Assembly (NCBI GenBank): GCA_963737475.1
Contig: CAVTSY010000007.1
Coordinates: 6,248-70,247, forward strand
DNA length: 64,000 bases
Source: an uncultured Bacteroidota bacterium
Lineage (GTDB): Bacteria > Bacteroidota > Bacteroidia > Chitinophagales > Chitinophagaceae
Direction: 5' to 3'
Position 1 is the stretch's first letter, and each line of letters starts with the position of its first letter. Below are positions 40,717 to 51,519 of the stretch, piece by piece. Below the pieces are notes generated by a model, which did not search any database, was not told the origin of the DNA, and was given only the letters and a program-made list of their open reading frames with translations. The position numbers and the translations under genes were made by a program.

Positions 40717-40967
40717 GTGAAAGTCAATTTTTAATTAAAAGCAATAAGTTAAAATCCCATTTCAAAAGAAGGGGAATTGAAACGAGACAACCCTACCTTT
40801 TGAAATGCTGCGCCAAAGAAAAAGAATTTTTAACAATTTTTAAAAAAAACAATTTTTTTGAGCTCTATATTTTAAAAATAAAAATCCAAGACTATTAAAA
40901 CGAAGCACTTTTTTAAACTTTCTAAAAAACAACCCAACATTTCTTGACCCTAATTAACATATTAAAG

Positions 40968-40999
40968 AATAAGGCCACTTCAATTGAAGTGGCCTTATT
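40968..40999. terminator. Perfect palindromic hairpin between the two Sus loci (terminator of locus 2)
   Basis: 'aataaggccacttcaattgaagtggccttatt'. 25 nt after the stop at 41025. Confidence 0.5.
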
Positions 41000-41024
41000 A
41001 TAAATGTCCAGGTGTTAAAATGTT

Positions 41025-41504
41025 TTAGTACTCATCTTCGGCAAATCTTGTTCTTGCCCCGCCGTTCATCTCATATATTGTACCCGGGTCATCAGAAAAT
41101 TCCACCTGCATGTGAATACTGTCAACTACATTTCCTGATTTTGAGTGCCCCGCATTTAAGAGGATCTTACCATCAGTTAAATTAACAGTTATAGGATAAT
41201 ATTCGTTTGCTGCATTAGAAGTAGCAAAAGTTAAGTTGCTATAATCAGCCCTGGCTTTAAATTTAACCTGCCAACCGCTTCCAAAATCATCGATCCAGAT
41301 AGAATCATCATTGGCTGAAGTATTGTATGTGGCAATTTTGAAATGGCCAATCCCATACACATCCTGAGTGCCACCCTGGTCAAGTGTCACCCACCATTCA
41401 TTTGCCATTTTTTCTGCGGCTGTGCTACCTACTTCCGGTAAATTTTTTTTGCATGAACAAAGCAGGAAGATCACAACTCCTGATAATAAGAATATCTTTT
41501 TCAT
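41025..41504 (-). CDS. Small lipoprotein, lipocalin-like 'lipid-binding' family suspected (PUL accessory)
   Basis: Lipobox 'VIFLLCSC' from the ATG at 41504. 'EWWVTLD...SIWIDDFGSGWQVKFKA'. The family assignment is from memory. Confidence 0.5.
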   Translation of the reverse strand: MKKIFLLSGVVIFLLCSCKKNLPEVGSTAAEKMANEWWVTLDQGGTQDVYGIGHFKIATYNTSANDDSIWIDDFGSGWQVKFKARADYSNLTFATSNAANEYYPITVNLTDGKILLNAGHSKSGNVVDSIHMQVEFSDDPGTIYEMNGGARTRFAEDEY

Positions 41505-41520
41505 ATTTAAGTGAAAATTT

Positions 41521-42173
41521 TTATTGTTTAACAAAAGTTCTTAATGCGGTTCCATATCCCTGGTTTAATATCTGCCATGTGTACGTGGCTGGTGGGCCAG
41601 GGCTATACATCTCCTGTGCAGAGGTCATAGTGGAACCATCACCAATTGTTTGGTCAGGCATATGAATCGTATTTCCTGTTTGATTAAAGACGATCACAGT
41701 AAGATTGACCCCAGGCGCTCCCCCGGATTATATACGGTATAAACTCCCGGAGCAATTTTGGTCCATGTGCTTTCTACACCATTTAAGGTACGCACGTACG
41801 TGCCTGACAGATCATTCGCCGCCGCACTTGTTTCGGTAGAATATACGACCACAGTTCTTGTTAATGATGCAGGGAATCCGTCTTTGTTTATTGCAGTGTA
41901 AGTGATATCGTAAACACCAACCTCACCTGTATTTACAGATCCATCTGTTGTATAAGGAATATCGACTCCTCCTTCGGTTGCCACTATGCCGGGATCGGTA
42001 AAAGTGCCGCCGGCCTCAATCGTCATATATCTATCGCCATTGAGAGTTAACACAGGAAAATGTGTAACCCTGGAAATGCCAACCTGGTCTTCAGTATTAT
42101 GAATTTCATCCTTGTTGCAGGCGACAAATAAGACCGCCAGCAAAGAATAAAATAATGGAATGAATTTTTTCAT
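41521..42173 (-). pseudogene. Ig-like (DUF5011-type) surface lipoprotein, frameshifted at a C5 run (41720-41724), or a sequencing error
   Basis: ORF 41694..42173 ends '...VYNPGERLGSILL*'. One frame over, the reading continues 'GAPGVNLTVIVFNQTGNTIHMPDQ...GTALRTFVKQ*' to 41521. 'GVYDITYTAINKDG' is an Ig-like signature. Confidence 0.55.
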
Positions 42174-42191
42174 ACTTAATCTTTTAAATTT

Positions 42192-43666
42192 TTATGGTTT
42201 AGCCCACCACACCGGTGTTGTAATAGGAATTAATTCCGGAGTATTGCTGTTTCTTGACACTTCAACATCAGGATATCCAAGTCTTCTTGGAAGAGCTCCT
42301 GGCGGCAATACCGAATTTTTTGAAACAACAAACTGGCCCGACACATATGACCCATCGGTTGAGTAAACCGGACTGGTAACCGGGTACCCCGTTCTTTGTT
42401 TTTCGAAAAAACCTTCGATAAAATGAACTCCATACGCAAATGATGCCCATTTCTGCGTCACGATCGCTTCTATCTTTTGTTCGAGACTTCCGCCTGTTGG
42501 ATATTTATATGTCCCGGTGATAAATGAACTCCCATCCTGCCCTACAGACGCAAAGGCATCAAGTACACCCTGGTTGTACAATGATTCTGCCTGGTCACCG
42601 GAAAAATAACGCTCTCTTGCTTCTGCCTGTAAAAAATAAGATTCTGCGGCTGAAATAAATATCACAGGGTCAGTTGGAGATTGTACAAAGACTGCTGCAC
42701 TCGCATATGAGGGATCTGTACCAAGGTAGTCTCCCTGGTGAATTGAATTGGGTGCATTCGTTCCAAAATGACTGACGATCCTTGGGTCATTGTTTCCTTG
42801 CAGCCAGCTTACAAATGTTCTGCTCGCCCGTAAGTTATTTGGCGTATTTAACTGACGAATATTTTGTTCGTACAAAGGATTGTCCTGTCCTGGAGCATCA
42901 CTAAATCCAAATATGCCTGCATCAGTTTGTAAGAACTCTGCACCATTTGTATATAATCTTTGGATACCAGCCTGTGCTGCGGTTGCGTTTATATTGACCA
43001 TTCTCAAATACAGTTTCAATTCCATTGTATGTGCGAAGCGTTTCCATTTGTCCATATCTCCGTTAAAAATCAGGTCAGATGTTCCGGGAGCTGAATTTGA
43101 CGAAGCAGTGAAATCTTTCGTCATTGCGCTGTCAATCCCGGCAATGAGGTCAGCATATATTGCATCGCCGTTATCAAAATGAGGATTCAGATTTGATGAG
43201 CCTCCTAAAGCTTCAGAATACGGCATCTTATCATAAAGGTCTACTAAAAGGCCGGCGGTATAGGCTTTCATCACTTCGCCCATAAGATAAAAATTCCAAT
43301 CCTGTGCATCCTTTGCTTTGTTAATTACAAACTGGTAATTTTTTAGACCCCCGGTGAACAAACGACTGTATTGTGCGTTCAGGTCGGTGCTCTTTTACAT
43401 CGTAGGCATCAATAAATTTATATTGATTAGCCAATGCGGACTGGGTAAAATACTCACCCCAAATCCCACCGAGTATTGCAATATCACCGCCTTCCATACC
43501 CGCTGTAGCCATGACTGCTGCAGGAAATACGAGCCGCGGATTTCCCTCGTAGAGAAGGATTGTTGGGGTCCTGGTTTATATCTAACGCTTTTTTACATGC
43601 CGTTACAAGTAACAGCAGCGATAGTAATCCAGGCAAAATTGTTCTCTTATTTATGTTAGATTTCAT
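42192..43666 (-). pseudogene. SusD/RagB-family lipoprotein (locus 2) split into three ORFs by two frameshifts
   Basis: ORFs 43484..43666 (lipobox 'LLVTAC', 'DINQDPNNPS'), 43321..43512 and 42192..43361 are consecutive SusD-like pieces in different frames. Confidence 0.75.
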
Positions 43667-43676
43667 GATTTAATTT

Positions 43677-46600
43677 TTAGAATGTTGCTCTTAACTGTAC
43701 TCCAAATTGCATTGAAGTAGGTGCTGTTCTGAACTCGCCCAATTGGCTGGTAAGATCATTACCCAGGTTGGAAGCCTCCGGATCTATATAAATATTAGAT
43801 TGCGGTGTCCACAAAAGGAAATTGCGACCATATGCAGCGAGGTTCAAATTCGTTGCACTTATTTTAGAAGCCCATTTTTTAGGGAAATTGTATGACAGCG
43901 AAATGTCCCTTAACTTTAAAAACGATCTGTCAATGATTCTATCCTGGTAAGATTGAGCCAGGTTTGATGTAGGATACCAATAAGAATCATAATGTAATTC
44001 ATCAATGGGTGTGGTGTTCTCTGCATATGTAGGATGGCCACTTCCATCCACACCCGTTTGAATTACTGAGTTGGGAATAATGAATGGACGACGATCATTA
44101 TAGGTTGTAGCATAACTATTGCCGGTAAACAATAGAAGGTCGGAAGTGCCACTATACATTACGCCACCTCTCCTGTAGTCAAGAGAAAAATTCAATCCCC
44201 AATTTTTGTAATTGAATGTATTGACCAATCCCATCATATAGTCGTAAGCTGCATCTCCATAATAGCTTTTTGTAGGATCGGCAAGAGGTATGCCCGTGGA
44301 CGGATTTACAATGATCTTACCATCGGGTGTGTATTGGGGAATGGGTGCATATATTCCTGTTACAGTTTTACCGGGGAATGCATCCATTTCTACATCATAG
44401 GCAGTAGACAAGATCACTTTGTCAGGGCCGCCGGTCAGGTTTTCAACTTTATTCCAGTTCTTGGAAAAAGTGTATGTAATTGACCATGTAAAATCTTTGT
44501 TGACGACCGGCTTGCCATCAGCACTCACCTCAACTCCTTTATTACTTACTAAGCCAAGGTTCTCAACCAGGCCCGTATATCCTGTTGATGGACTAATGGG
44601 AACAGTAAATATCTGGCCGTTGGTTCTTTTGTCATACGCTGCCACATCAAATCCTAACCTGTTTTTCCAGAATCTTATTTCTGTTCCAAGTTCTGCTTCT
44701 GAAGTTATGATCGGTTTCAGACCCTGGTTCCCAAGAGTATTAGCGATACCAAAAGCACTTACACCATTAAACGGAAAAGTAATTGAACCAAAAGGAAGAT
44801 TAACATTCCCGATAGTCAGGACCGGATAAACGTCGTAGGGAGGCGCATCTGAACCCGTCTTACCATACGCTGCCCTGAATTTCAGAAATGAAATGGCAGT
44901 CCTGGTCAGATCAAAAGTCTGAGAAGCTATCCATGAAAGATTACCGCCCGGGTAAAAGAAACTATTATTTTCAATGGGTAAAGTTGAAGACCAGTCGTTT
45001 CTTGCATTCAATGTCAGGTACAGTTGATTTTTATATCCAAGAATTGCCTGGGCATATAGCCCCATCAATCTTCTAAGGATCGTTGCATCAGCTGCTGTTG
45101 GTTTCACACTTGAGTTTGAAAGATTGTAAAAACCAGGGATCACAAGATTCAGTAATGGATGCAGATACTGCTTTTTGACTCTGCTGATTGTAATTGTAAC
45201 CCGCAAGTGCTTCAAGAGTAAGATCGCTGTTAAGATTTTTATTGTACTTCAAAATAAAATCGCCATTTATTACCCCGAGATAGTTACTTGTTTCAGTAAC
45301 CGATCCTACATCCGGAGCCCTTGGTGCGCTTTCAGGATTATTACCTGCATTCCAGCTTCCGGGACTTGGCGCATTGACTGCTTTATATTCAAATGTGCGG
45401 GCATTTGTAAAATCTCCTCCCACGCGCAACTGTGCAGAAAGTTCATTGGTGAATTTATAGCCTGCATCGACATTACCAAAAAATCGATCCGAATTTTGCG
45501 TATTACGGTTCTCATACAATTGGTAGTAAGGATTCTCGGCGTAAGGAGTGAAATAATTATCTACGTTGAAAAATTTATTCTTATAATCCCTGAAATCAGA
45601 GATTTTTATATCCACGGGTATCTGTAATATATTTTCGAAAGTGGAAGTACCATCACTTCCACCCTGGCCGGTGAAGGGCGCGTTCATTTTCCTATTGACA
45701 TAGTTGAAAGAACTATTAATAGTAAACTTGTTGAACTTACTATTTGTGCGAAGAGCAAAAGAATTTCTTTGCAAATTATCTGAGTTCGATGGAATAACGC
45801 CGTTGCTCGTTACGTTGCCATACGAAAAATAAAAACTAGTTACGTCGCTGCCACCGGAAAGGGCAATGGTGTTATTGTATTCAGTACCGATGTCGTAAAA
45901 ATCGCGTACATTATCATCGATAAAAGAAAACGGCTTAAGCAGTTGGGAATTGTCGACGATAGAACCCCACAGTCTTTCCTTCCCATCAAACTTAGGACCC
46001 CAGCTTCCATTTTCTGATAAAATAAATGTCCCACTCCATCCCTGGCCAAATGTCTTTTGAAAGATCAGGCAACTTGCCAACCTTGCTGAAGTTGGCAGAC
46101 CCGTTGTATTCAACTTTCAGTTTTCCTGGTCTTCCACGCTTTGTTGTGATCATAATGGCGCCATTCTTGGCACTAGAACCATAAAGCGAAGCAGCTTCAG
46201 TTCCTTTTAAAACCGTTATGGTCTCAATATCACTTGGGTTAATATCACCTGCGGAATTCCCAAAATCCGTATTGCCATTTGTAGATCCAAACCTCGCATC
46301 ACTGAGAGGCACTCCATCTACAACATATAGGGGCTGATTTGAACCTCCGGCAATGACTCCATATCCTCTTAGCACCACTTTGGTAGAAGCACCCGGGCCC
46401 CCGATATGGGAAATGTCAGCACCTGCTATCTTACCCTGTAATGCATCCAGTGGACTAACAGGGGCCGCTCGTGTAATAGCCTCTGAATTAAATGTACTGG
46501 AAGCATACCCCACCTTGGCTTTGCTTCTTGTTTGCCCCAGGGCAGTAACAACTACTTCCTGCAATTGTCCTCCTGATCGCACCAGCGTGATGTTTGCCAC

Positions 46601-46855
46601 ATCACCGGAAACAGTGATCGTTTGCGCAGTATGATCTACCGCAGTAATTGTAATCTGATCTCCCGTAATTGTGATGTTGAAATTTCCGTTGACATCAGAG
46701 GTTACCGAATGCGAAGTGTTCGTTTCGGTAATCGTTGCAAAAGACACAGGGCCACTTTCGTCTTTCACCTGGCCTGTAATTCTTCTCGAGTTTTGGCTAA
46801 ATGTCCATATGCCAAAGAGCAATAACGCTGCAAGCAGCGATAACCGTTTTCCCAT
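43677..46855 (-). pseudogene. SusC/RagA-family TonB-dependent transporter (locus 2) split into three ORFs by two frameshifts
   Basis: The N-piece from the ATG at 46855 ('ITGQVKDESGPVSFATITE', plug) is paralogous to locus-1 SusC. Frame changes near 46060 ('KLPDL|QKTFGQGWSG') and ~45150 ('SASIT|NLVIPGFYNLSN'). C-terminal 'FGVQLRATF'. Confidence 0.85.
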
Positions 46856-46991
46856 GGTTTCGTATTTTATTAATAAATAGAATTTACATACGCATAGTTC
46901 TATAACCTCTAACATTAAAAAGTATTAGAAACACGTAGTTGGGTGTGATAAAATTGACCGCAGTACTATTTAGGTTCAAAGGAGAGATGGA

Positions 46992-47485
46992 TTATTCTTT
47001 TAAGAAATCAAACAATAGTCCGGGTTGATATTTCTCGATAAGCAGTTAGTCGTAGTAGCGTCAGTTGGTGTGGTCGTAAAATGACAAGCCGATTTTTGAA
47101 ATCGCTGCGCCGCGAAAAAGAATTTTTTAATGAATTATAAAAAAAAGTTGGAAATGACATTTTTAAGACAATTCTCCGCAACTGTTTTCAATTTTTCGCA
47201 AAGCGCCCTTTGCAAAATCCGGCCAATATCAGGATTTATCCAACCACAATTAAATAGTTACATCATCGCCAACGAGGCAGGCAATAAAAACGTAGTATAT
47301 CTGTCCGGAGTTTGTTCTTCTGAAGTATTTCTTTCAAAAGGTACCGGAACTATAGTGTTCTGATGGCAGCCAAGATTAATTTCGAATAAGCAGTTAGTCG
47401 TGGCGAGTGTTGGTGTGATTTGTTATCAGCGTGGCAAAACAATTTTTCAAATCGCTGCGCAATGTTAATGATTTCTTAAGAATAA
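46992..47485. repeat. ~495-bp segment bounded by 16-18-bp inverted repeats and holding two ~80-bp direct repeats
   Basis: IR 'ttattcttttaagaaatc' (46992-47009) versus 'gatttcttaagaataa' (47470-47485). DR 'tcga(t/a)aagcagttagtcgt.g...atttttgaaatcgctgcgc' at 47035-47110 and 47382-47460. Confidence 0.4.
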
Positions 47486-47510
47486 ATTTTCGTAGTAGAA
47501 AAAAATTGAT

Positions 47511-49592
47511 TCAAAATAATAACATTATTTGAATTTTTATTTCGCTTCGATGATTACCGGCGATCTCATCCAGGCCGCTGCCAACAGCTATTTTATTTTG
47601 ATAAATCGTTTGAGCCCATCTTAACAATACTGACAAATTTCTTTTCATATCATAGCTTAAATTAATGTAATACCGGTAACCCTTATCATAAAAACCCGGG
47701 ATGGAAAAACTATAAAGCACATCATTCTCATAAGTGTAAATGCGTGAATTGTACCCATCGGTTTCAAAATATTCCAACCTGATATTTCCGGAATAGGGTT
47801 TCAACAGGGGTTTATATAGAAGATCAAAAAAAATTAGAAAGCCGGTTTCGAAGTCATTTTCCCGTCCGACCGGATCGTCCGGGCGGGCATCTTTATCATA
47901 CCATAACATTTCAATTCGATTGCGAACTGTTATGGCAGAATTGATCTTATAACTTATTTGTGTTCGCCAGCTTTGCTTTGGGATCAGAACAAGATAATTG
48001 GTTACAGTAGTATTTCCGGGCAGATCGTGCTGCTTTGACTCGCTTCTGAACCTGGAATAGATCATTAATTGCTTGTTGGGCGCAAATGTCGCCTGCACCA
48101 GGAAATCTTTTCCATAACCCGGCGCATCTGCTAAATATCTAAGCCATGGAAATCTGTAAAAGTCTGCATACATATCCAATCTCCATCCGGTCAGTGGTTT
48201 TAAACTGATGCCTGCATAAATTCCGTTTTCATTGGTTGGATAAGCATTTTCAGTAAATGCATTTCCATAAACTGCCTGGTATCGCTGATCAATTGCACGT
48301 TGCACAAAAGAAAGGTCAACATGAGGATCAACACTTATTAACAGCCCATTCAAAATAGCCCTGTCCAAATTTTTATCCATCGCTACTTCACCAAAAAAAT
48401 GAAAATTGTGATGGGTCCAACTATAGTCAATACTGAAATTATTCCAGTCCCTTCCACTAATAGCAAACAAATTGTAAGGTTCATTTCTCTTTTGAACCGC
48501 CAAAGAGAAATTGTAACCCACTCCATTTATGCCTATGTGCCAATTCCTTTGACGATATCTAATATTGCCGCCATACGAAAATTGTTGCAGGTTATTCTTA
48601 TTATCTATTTCACTTTGGGTTCTATGGTAACCGGAATTTAAAAATGAAGAAATAAAATCTTCATTGTTTATTGTATCAGCAACAAAATTTGCACTTAGCT
48701 TTCGAAGTGAAGCAAATGCTGTTGCTTCAATTTTTCCGAATCGAAGTGTTATGCCGGCGCCACGGTTAAAATAAAATTCACCGGAAGAATTATAAGGACG
48801 AAGAATGGATAGCTGTCTCTTTATCGCCAACACATCTGCACTTTTGGAAAATGCAATGCTTTGCCATTGGATGAGACCCTGCCCCATATTTACGGTAAAA
48901 TCTCCTAATGCTAATACTTGTATCCTGCCCAGTTTTGTTGCAAACAAATGAAGCGAGTAGAAATCAAACCCATATTTCTGCTTTCCGCCAAAAAATTGTT
49001 CACCGGCGTCTTTCTCTCCTACAACTCCAAACTGCAGGAGATCTTTGCACTGATAGCGATAACGAAAAAATAACTTCTGCCTGCTGCCAAGGTATTTTGT
49101 ACCCGGCGTGGTTTTATCAAATCCTTTTGATCTTTCCAATACCTCAGAAAAACGAAATAACAAGCCATGATCACCCCCCGCAAATCTTTTCTTAAGATCG
49201 TCGACTGTTGATATGGAATTATCTGTTGTAACGAACGGAAGAATCTTTTTAATAGTGCCGACATCCCATGCGGGTATTGCCTGTAATTCGTAAATGCTGA
49301 TGAATTTGCCAAGAAGATGACGATAAGAAATCAAGTTCTCAATTTGCAGGTCAGTAAGAAAAAAAAACTCTCTCAGTTCATCGGCGGCGGCTTCATTTAA
49401 ATTAAGAGGGTGTTTTTTGAAATACTGAAGTTGGACGACATAGGAGTCATCCTCCGGCTCTATTTGATCAGCATCTGTAAGATTTTCCAATTGCTGTTCT
49501 GTGTTAGGCGGAATTTCCTGCCCCCATCCCCTAAAGGGGAGTATTGAAAAACAAACTAAGGACGACAACGCTATGATAATGGATTGTATCAT
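47511..49592 (-). CDS. Outer-membrane beta-barrel-like protein with an N-terminal ComEA-like helix-hairpin-helix module
   Basis: 693-aa ORF with a signal-like N-terminus. 'LNLNEAAADELREFFFLTDLQIENLISYRHLLGKFISIYELQAIPAWDVGTIKKILPFV' (~49217-49415). The rest is alternating-hydrophobic and Tyr/Gly-rich, ending '...IMLLF'. Confidence 0.7.
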   Translation of the reverse strand: MIQSIIIALSSLVCFSILPFRGWGQEIPPNTEQQLENLTDADQIEPEDDSYVVQLQYFKKHPLNLNEAAADELREFFFLTDLQIENLISYRHLLGKFISIYELQAIPAWDVGTIKKILPFVTTDNSISTVDDLKKRFAGGDHGLLFRFSEVLERSKGFDKTTPGTKYLGSRQKLFFRYRYQCKDLLQFGVVGEKDAGEQFFGGKQKYGFDFYSLHLFATKLGRIQVLALGDFTVNMGQGLIQWQSIAFSKSADVLAIKRQLSILRPYNSSGEFYFNRGAGITLRFGKIEATAFASLRKLSANFVADTINNEDFISSFLNSGYHRTQSEIDNKNNLQQFSYGGNIRYRQRNWHIGINGVGYNFSLAVQKRNEPYNLFAISGRDWNNFSIDYSWTHHNFHFFGEVAMDKNLDRAILNGLLISVDPHVDLSFVQRAIDQRYQAVYGNAFTENAYPTNENGIYAGISLKPLTGWRLDMYADFYRFPWLRYLADAPGYGKDFLVQATFAPNKQLMIYSRFRSESKQHDLPGNTTVTNYLVLIPKQSWRTQISYKINSAITVRNRIEMLWYDKDARPDDPVGRENDFETGFLIFFDLLYKPLLKPYSGNIRLEYFETDGYNSRIYTYENDVLYSFSIPGFYDKGYRYYINLSYDMKRNLSVLLRWAQTIYQNKIAVGSGLDEIAGNHRSEIKIQIMLLF
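49520..49541 (-). repeat. C/G-run palindromic mini-repeat, copy a (inverted orientation)
   Basis: 'gcccccatcccctaaaggggag'. Lies inside codons ~18-24 of the HhH protein (encodes 'PFRGWGQ'). Confidence 0.55.
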
Positions 49593-50428
49593 CTATTATC
49601 CTTCTTAGATCCCCCTTTAGGGGATAGGGGTATCAGTAACAGTAAACCCGGCGTAATGCCCAATTGCGGATGATAACTTGCCGTTACATCAAACCTCATC
49701 GACCTAAATCCGTAGCCAATACCAAAGTAAAGCGATGACGCAGCAGTAGAAATACCGATCCTGGTTAATAATTGTGGTAGAAATTTATACTGCAGACCTG
49801 CGTTTACATTCACAGGCTTGTCCTCTTCTTTCTCTATTTCAATATTCATGAAAAACTTTTCAGACGCATCATAGCCAATACCTGCAGAGTAAACAGACGC
49901 CAACTTCTCTTCGCCGTTCTTACCCAAAGCACCGCCTGCCGGGTTGTACACATGTACGCCTGCATTCAGGTTATCTGTAAGATGAAAAATAGTTCCGATC
50001 TCAAAATTGATCGCAGATGCATTTCCATAACCAGCTATGCGAACATTGTAGTAATTGAATTGTACACCAACATCCACTTTGGATCCAAGGCTCCTTCCAT
50101 AGGCTAATCCAACCTGGCTTTCATTATAGTCTGAAAAGCCGTAATAGCTGGCATCCAAACCGAAATTTCCCGAAGATGTCGGAACTGTAGCTGCTGCATC
50201 ATATAACCCCAATTCATTCAATAAAAATCTTTTTTCTCCGTAGATCCCTGCTGATACCATTTTTATTTTTGCAAGTGCAGCCTGGTTCGCATGAATTGAA
50301 AAAACGTCAAGATGATTATTACTGTATGCACCCAGTCCAATATAAGATGCAGACACCGGATCGCGAATGGATTGACAAAATCCACAAACAGGCACGCAAA
50401 AAAATACCGCAGCCACAATTCCTCTCAC
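49589..50428 (-). CDS. Outer-membrane beta-barrel protein of unknown function (distant PorQ/PorV-like feel), translationally coupled to the HhH protein
   Basis: 279-aa ORF with a signal peptide. 'HANQAALA' motif and alternating beta-strand pattern. Its stop overlaps the next start (ATGA at 49589-49592). Confidence 0.55.
   Translation of the reverse strand: MRGIVAAVFFCVPVCGFCQSIRDPVSASYIGLGAYSNNHLDVFSIHANQAALAKIKMVSAGIYGEKRFLLNELGLYDAAATVPTSSGNFGLDASYYGFSDYNESQVGLAYGRSLGSKVDVGVQFNYYNVRIAGYGNASAINFEIGTIFHLTDNLNAGVHVYNPAGGALGKNGEEKLASVYSAGIGYDASEKFFMNIEIEKEEDKPVNVNAGLQYKFLPQLLTRIGISTAASSLYFGIGYGFRSMRFDVTASYHPQLGITPGLLLLIPLSPKGGSKKDNR
49601..49631 (+). repeat. C/G-run palindromic mini-repeat, copy b
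   Basis: 'cttcttagatccccctttaggggataggggt'. Encodes the last residues ('[11 protein letters not shown]') of ORF 49589..50428. Confidence 0.55.
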
Positions 50429-50561
50429 CGAAAGTTGGTTTAATTTTCAAAATACCTTCTTTCCTAATAAACAGTGCGGGGTAAATTCCCGGGAAATGGA
50501 GAGTTTTTTCCGTCTTATTGGTGAGCATTTGCCACGTACCTCTAACTATTATCTTTGCGCC

Positions 50562-51437
50562 ATGCAAATTTTAGATGGAAGAAAAGCAGCACAGGCTATC
50601 AGGGATCAATTGAAATTGGACACGGCGCAATTGGCAGTTGAAGGGAAAAAACTCCCGCATCTTGTCGCCATTTTAGTAGGTAACAACGGTGCCAGCGAAA
50701 CATATGTAGCAGCCAAAGTGAAGGCTTGCGAAGAAGTTGGCTTCAAATCCACACTGATACGGTTTGAAGAAACAACCAGTGAAATGAAACTTTTAGAGCA
50801 GATCAGGGATCTGAATGTGGACCCTGATGTAGACGGCATCCTTGTACAATTACCGTTGCCCAAACATATCTCGGATGAAAGCATTATTAATGCTATTGAC
50901 CCCGAAAAGGATGTCGACGGATTTCATCCTGAGAATGTTGGAAAAATGGTACAGGGTGTATCTTCATTTGTCCCGGCTACTCCGCATGGGATCATGCTAC
51001 TGCTGGAATATTTTAAAATTGAGACGAAAGGAAAACATGCTGTTGTATTGGGACGAAGTAATATCGTCGGCAGACCTATCAGCATTTTATTAAGTAATAA
51101 TGCTAACCCGGGAAATTGCACAGTCACTATTTGTCATTCGCAAACAAAAAATATAAAGGACCTTTGTCTTGAAGCAGACATCATCGTGGCCGCAATAGGA
51201 AGACCTGAATTTGTGACAGCGGATATGGTGAAGGAAGGAGTCGTCGTTATTGACGTAGGGATCACAAGAGAACCAGATTCGACAAAAAAGAGCGGATTTA
51301 AATTAAAAGGTGACGTGCATTATGAAACGGTTGCGCCAAAATGTTCATGGATCACACCGGTGCCCGGTGGTGTAGGACCGATGACGATCGCTGCTTTGTT
51401 AAAAAACACTTTCCAGGCGTGCAAAACAAAAAACTGA
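50562..51437 (+). CDS. folD: Bifunctional methylenetetrahydrofolate dehydrogenase/cyclohydrolase FolD
   Basis: '[17 protein letters not shown]' from the ATG at 50562. '[22 protein letters not shown]', '[14 protein letters not shown]', '[16 protein letters not shown]'. Confidence 0.9.
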   Translation: MQILDGRKAAQAIRDQLKLDTAQLAVEGKKLPHLVAILVGNNGASETYVAAKVKACEEVGFKSTLIRFEETTSEMKLLEQIRDLNVDPDVDGILVQLPLPKHISDESIINAIDPEKDVDGFHPENVGKMVQGVSSFVPATPHGIMLLLEYFKIETKGKHAVVLGRSNIVGRPISILLSNNANPGNCTVTICHSQTKNIKDLCLEADIIVAAIGRPEFVTADMVKEGVVVIDVGITREPDSTKKSGFKLKGDVHYETVAPKCSWITPVPGGVGPMTIAALLKNTFQACKTKN

Positions 51438-51443
51438 GAAGCC

Positions 51444-51467
51444 CTCTAAATCTCCCTAAAGGGAGAC
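51444..51467 (+). repeat. C/G-run palindromic mini-repeat, variant copy c
   Basis: 'ctctaaatctccctaaagggagac', between folD and queE. Confidence 0.4.
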
Positions 51468-51519
51468 TTGCGAACGCACAAAGTGCCCACTCGATCAGCC
51501 TTAGTAATTTTGTCCCTTC

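Noticed and set aside
46992-47485. Inverted-repeat-bounded segment as an IS element
   Set aside because: It is too small. Its only ORF (77 aa) has no transposase features, and there is no target-site duplication. I kept it only as a possible MITE-like or regulatory structure.
49520-49631. G-runs of the mini-repeats as G-quadruplex formers
   Set aside because: Each element has only two G-runs of 4-5 on a strand, next to complementary C-runs. Hairpin formation is the simpler reading, and no copy has four tracts within quadruplex range.
50496-50561. Longer folD start at 50496
   Set aside because: FolD proteins begin at '(M)xILDGK'. The ATG at 50562 gives '[11 protein letters not shown]', and the upstream 22 codons look non-coding.
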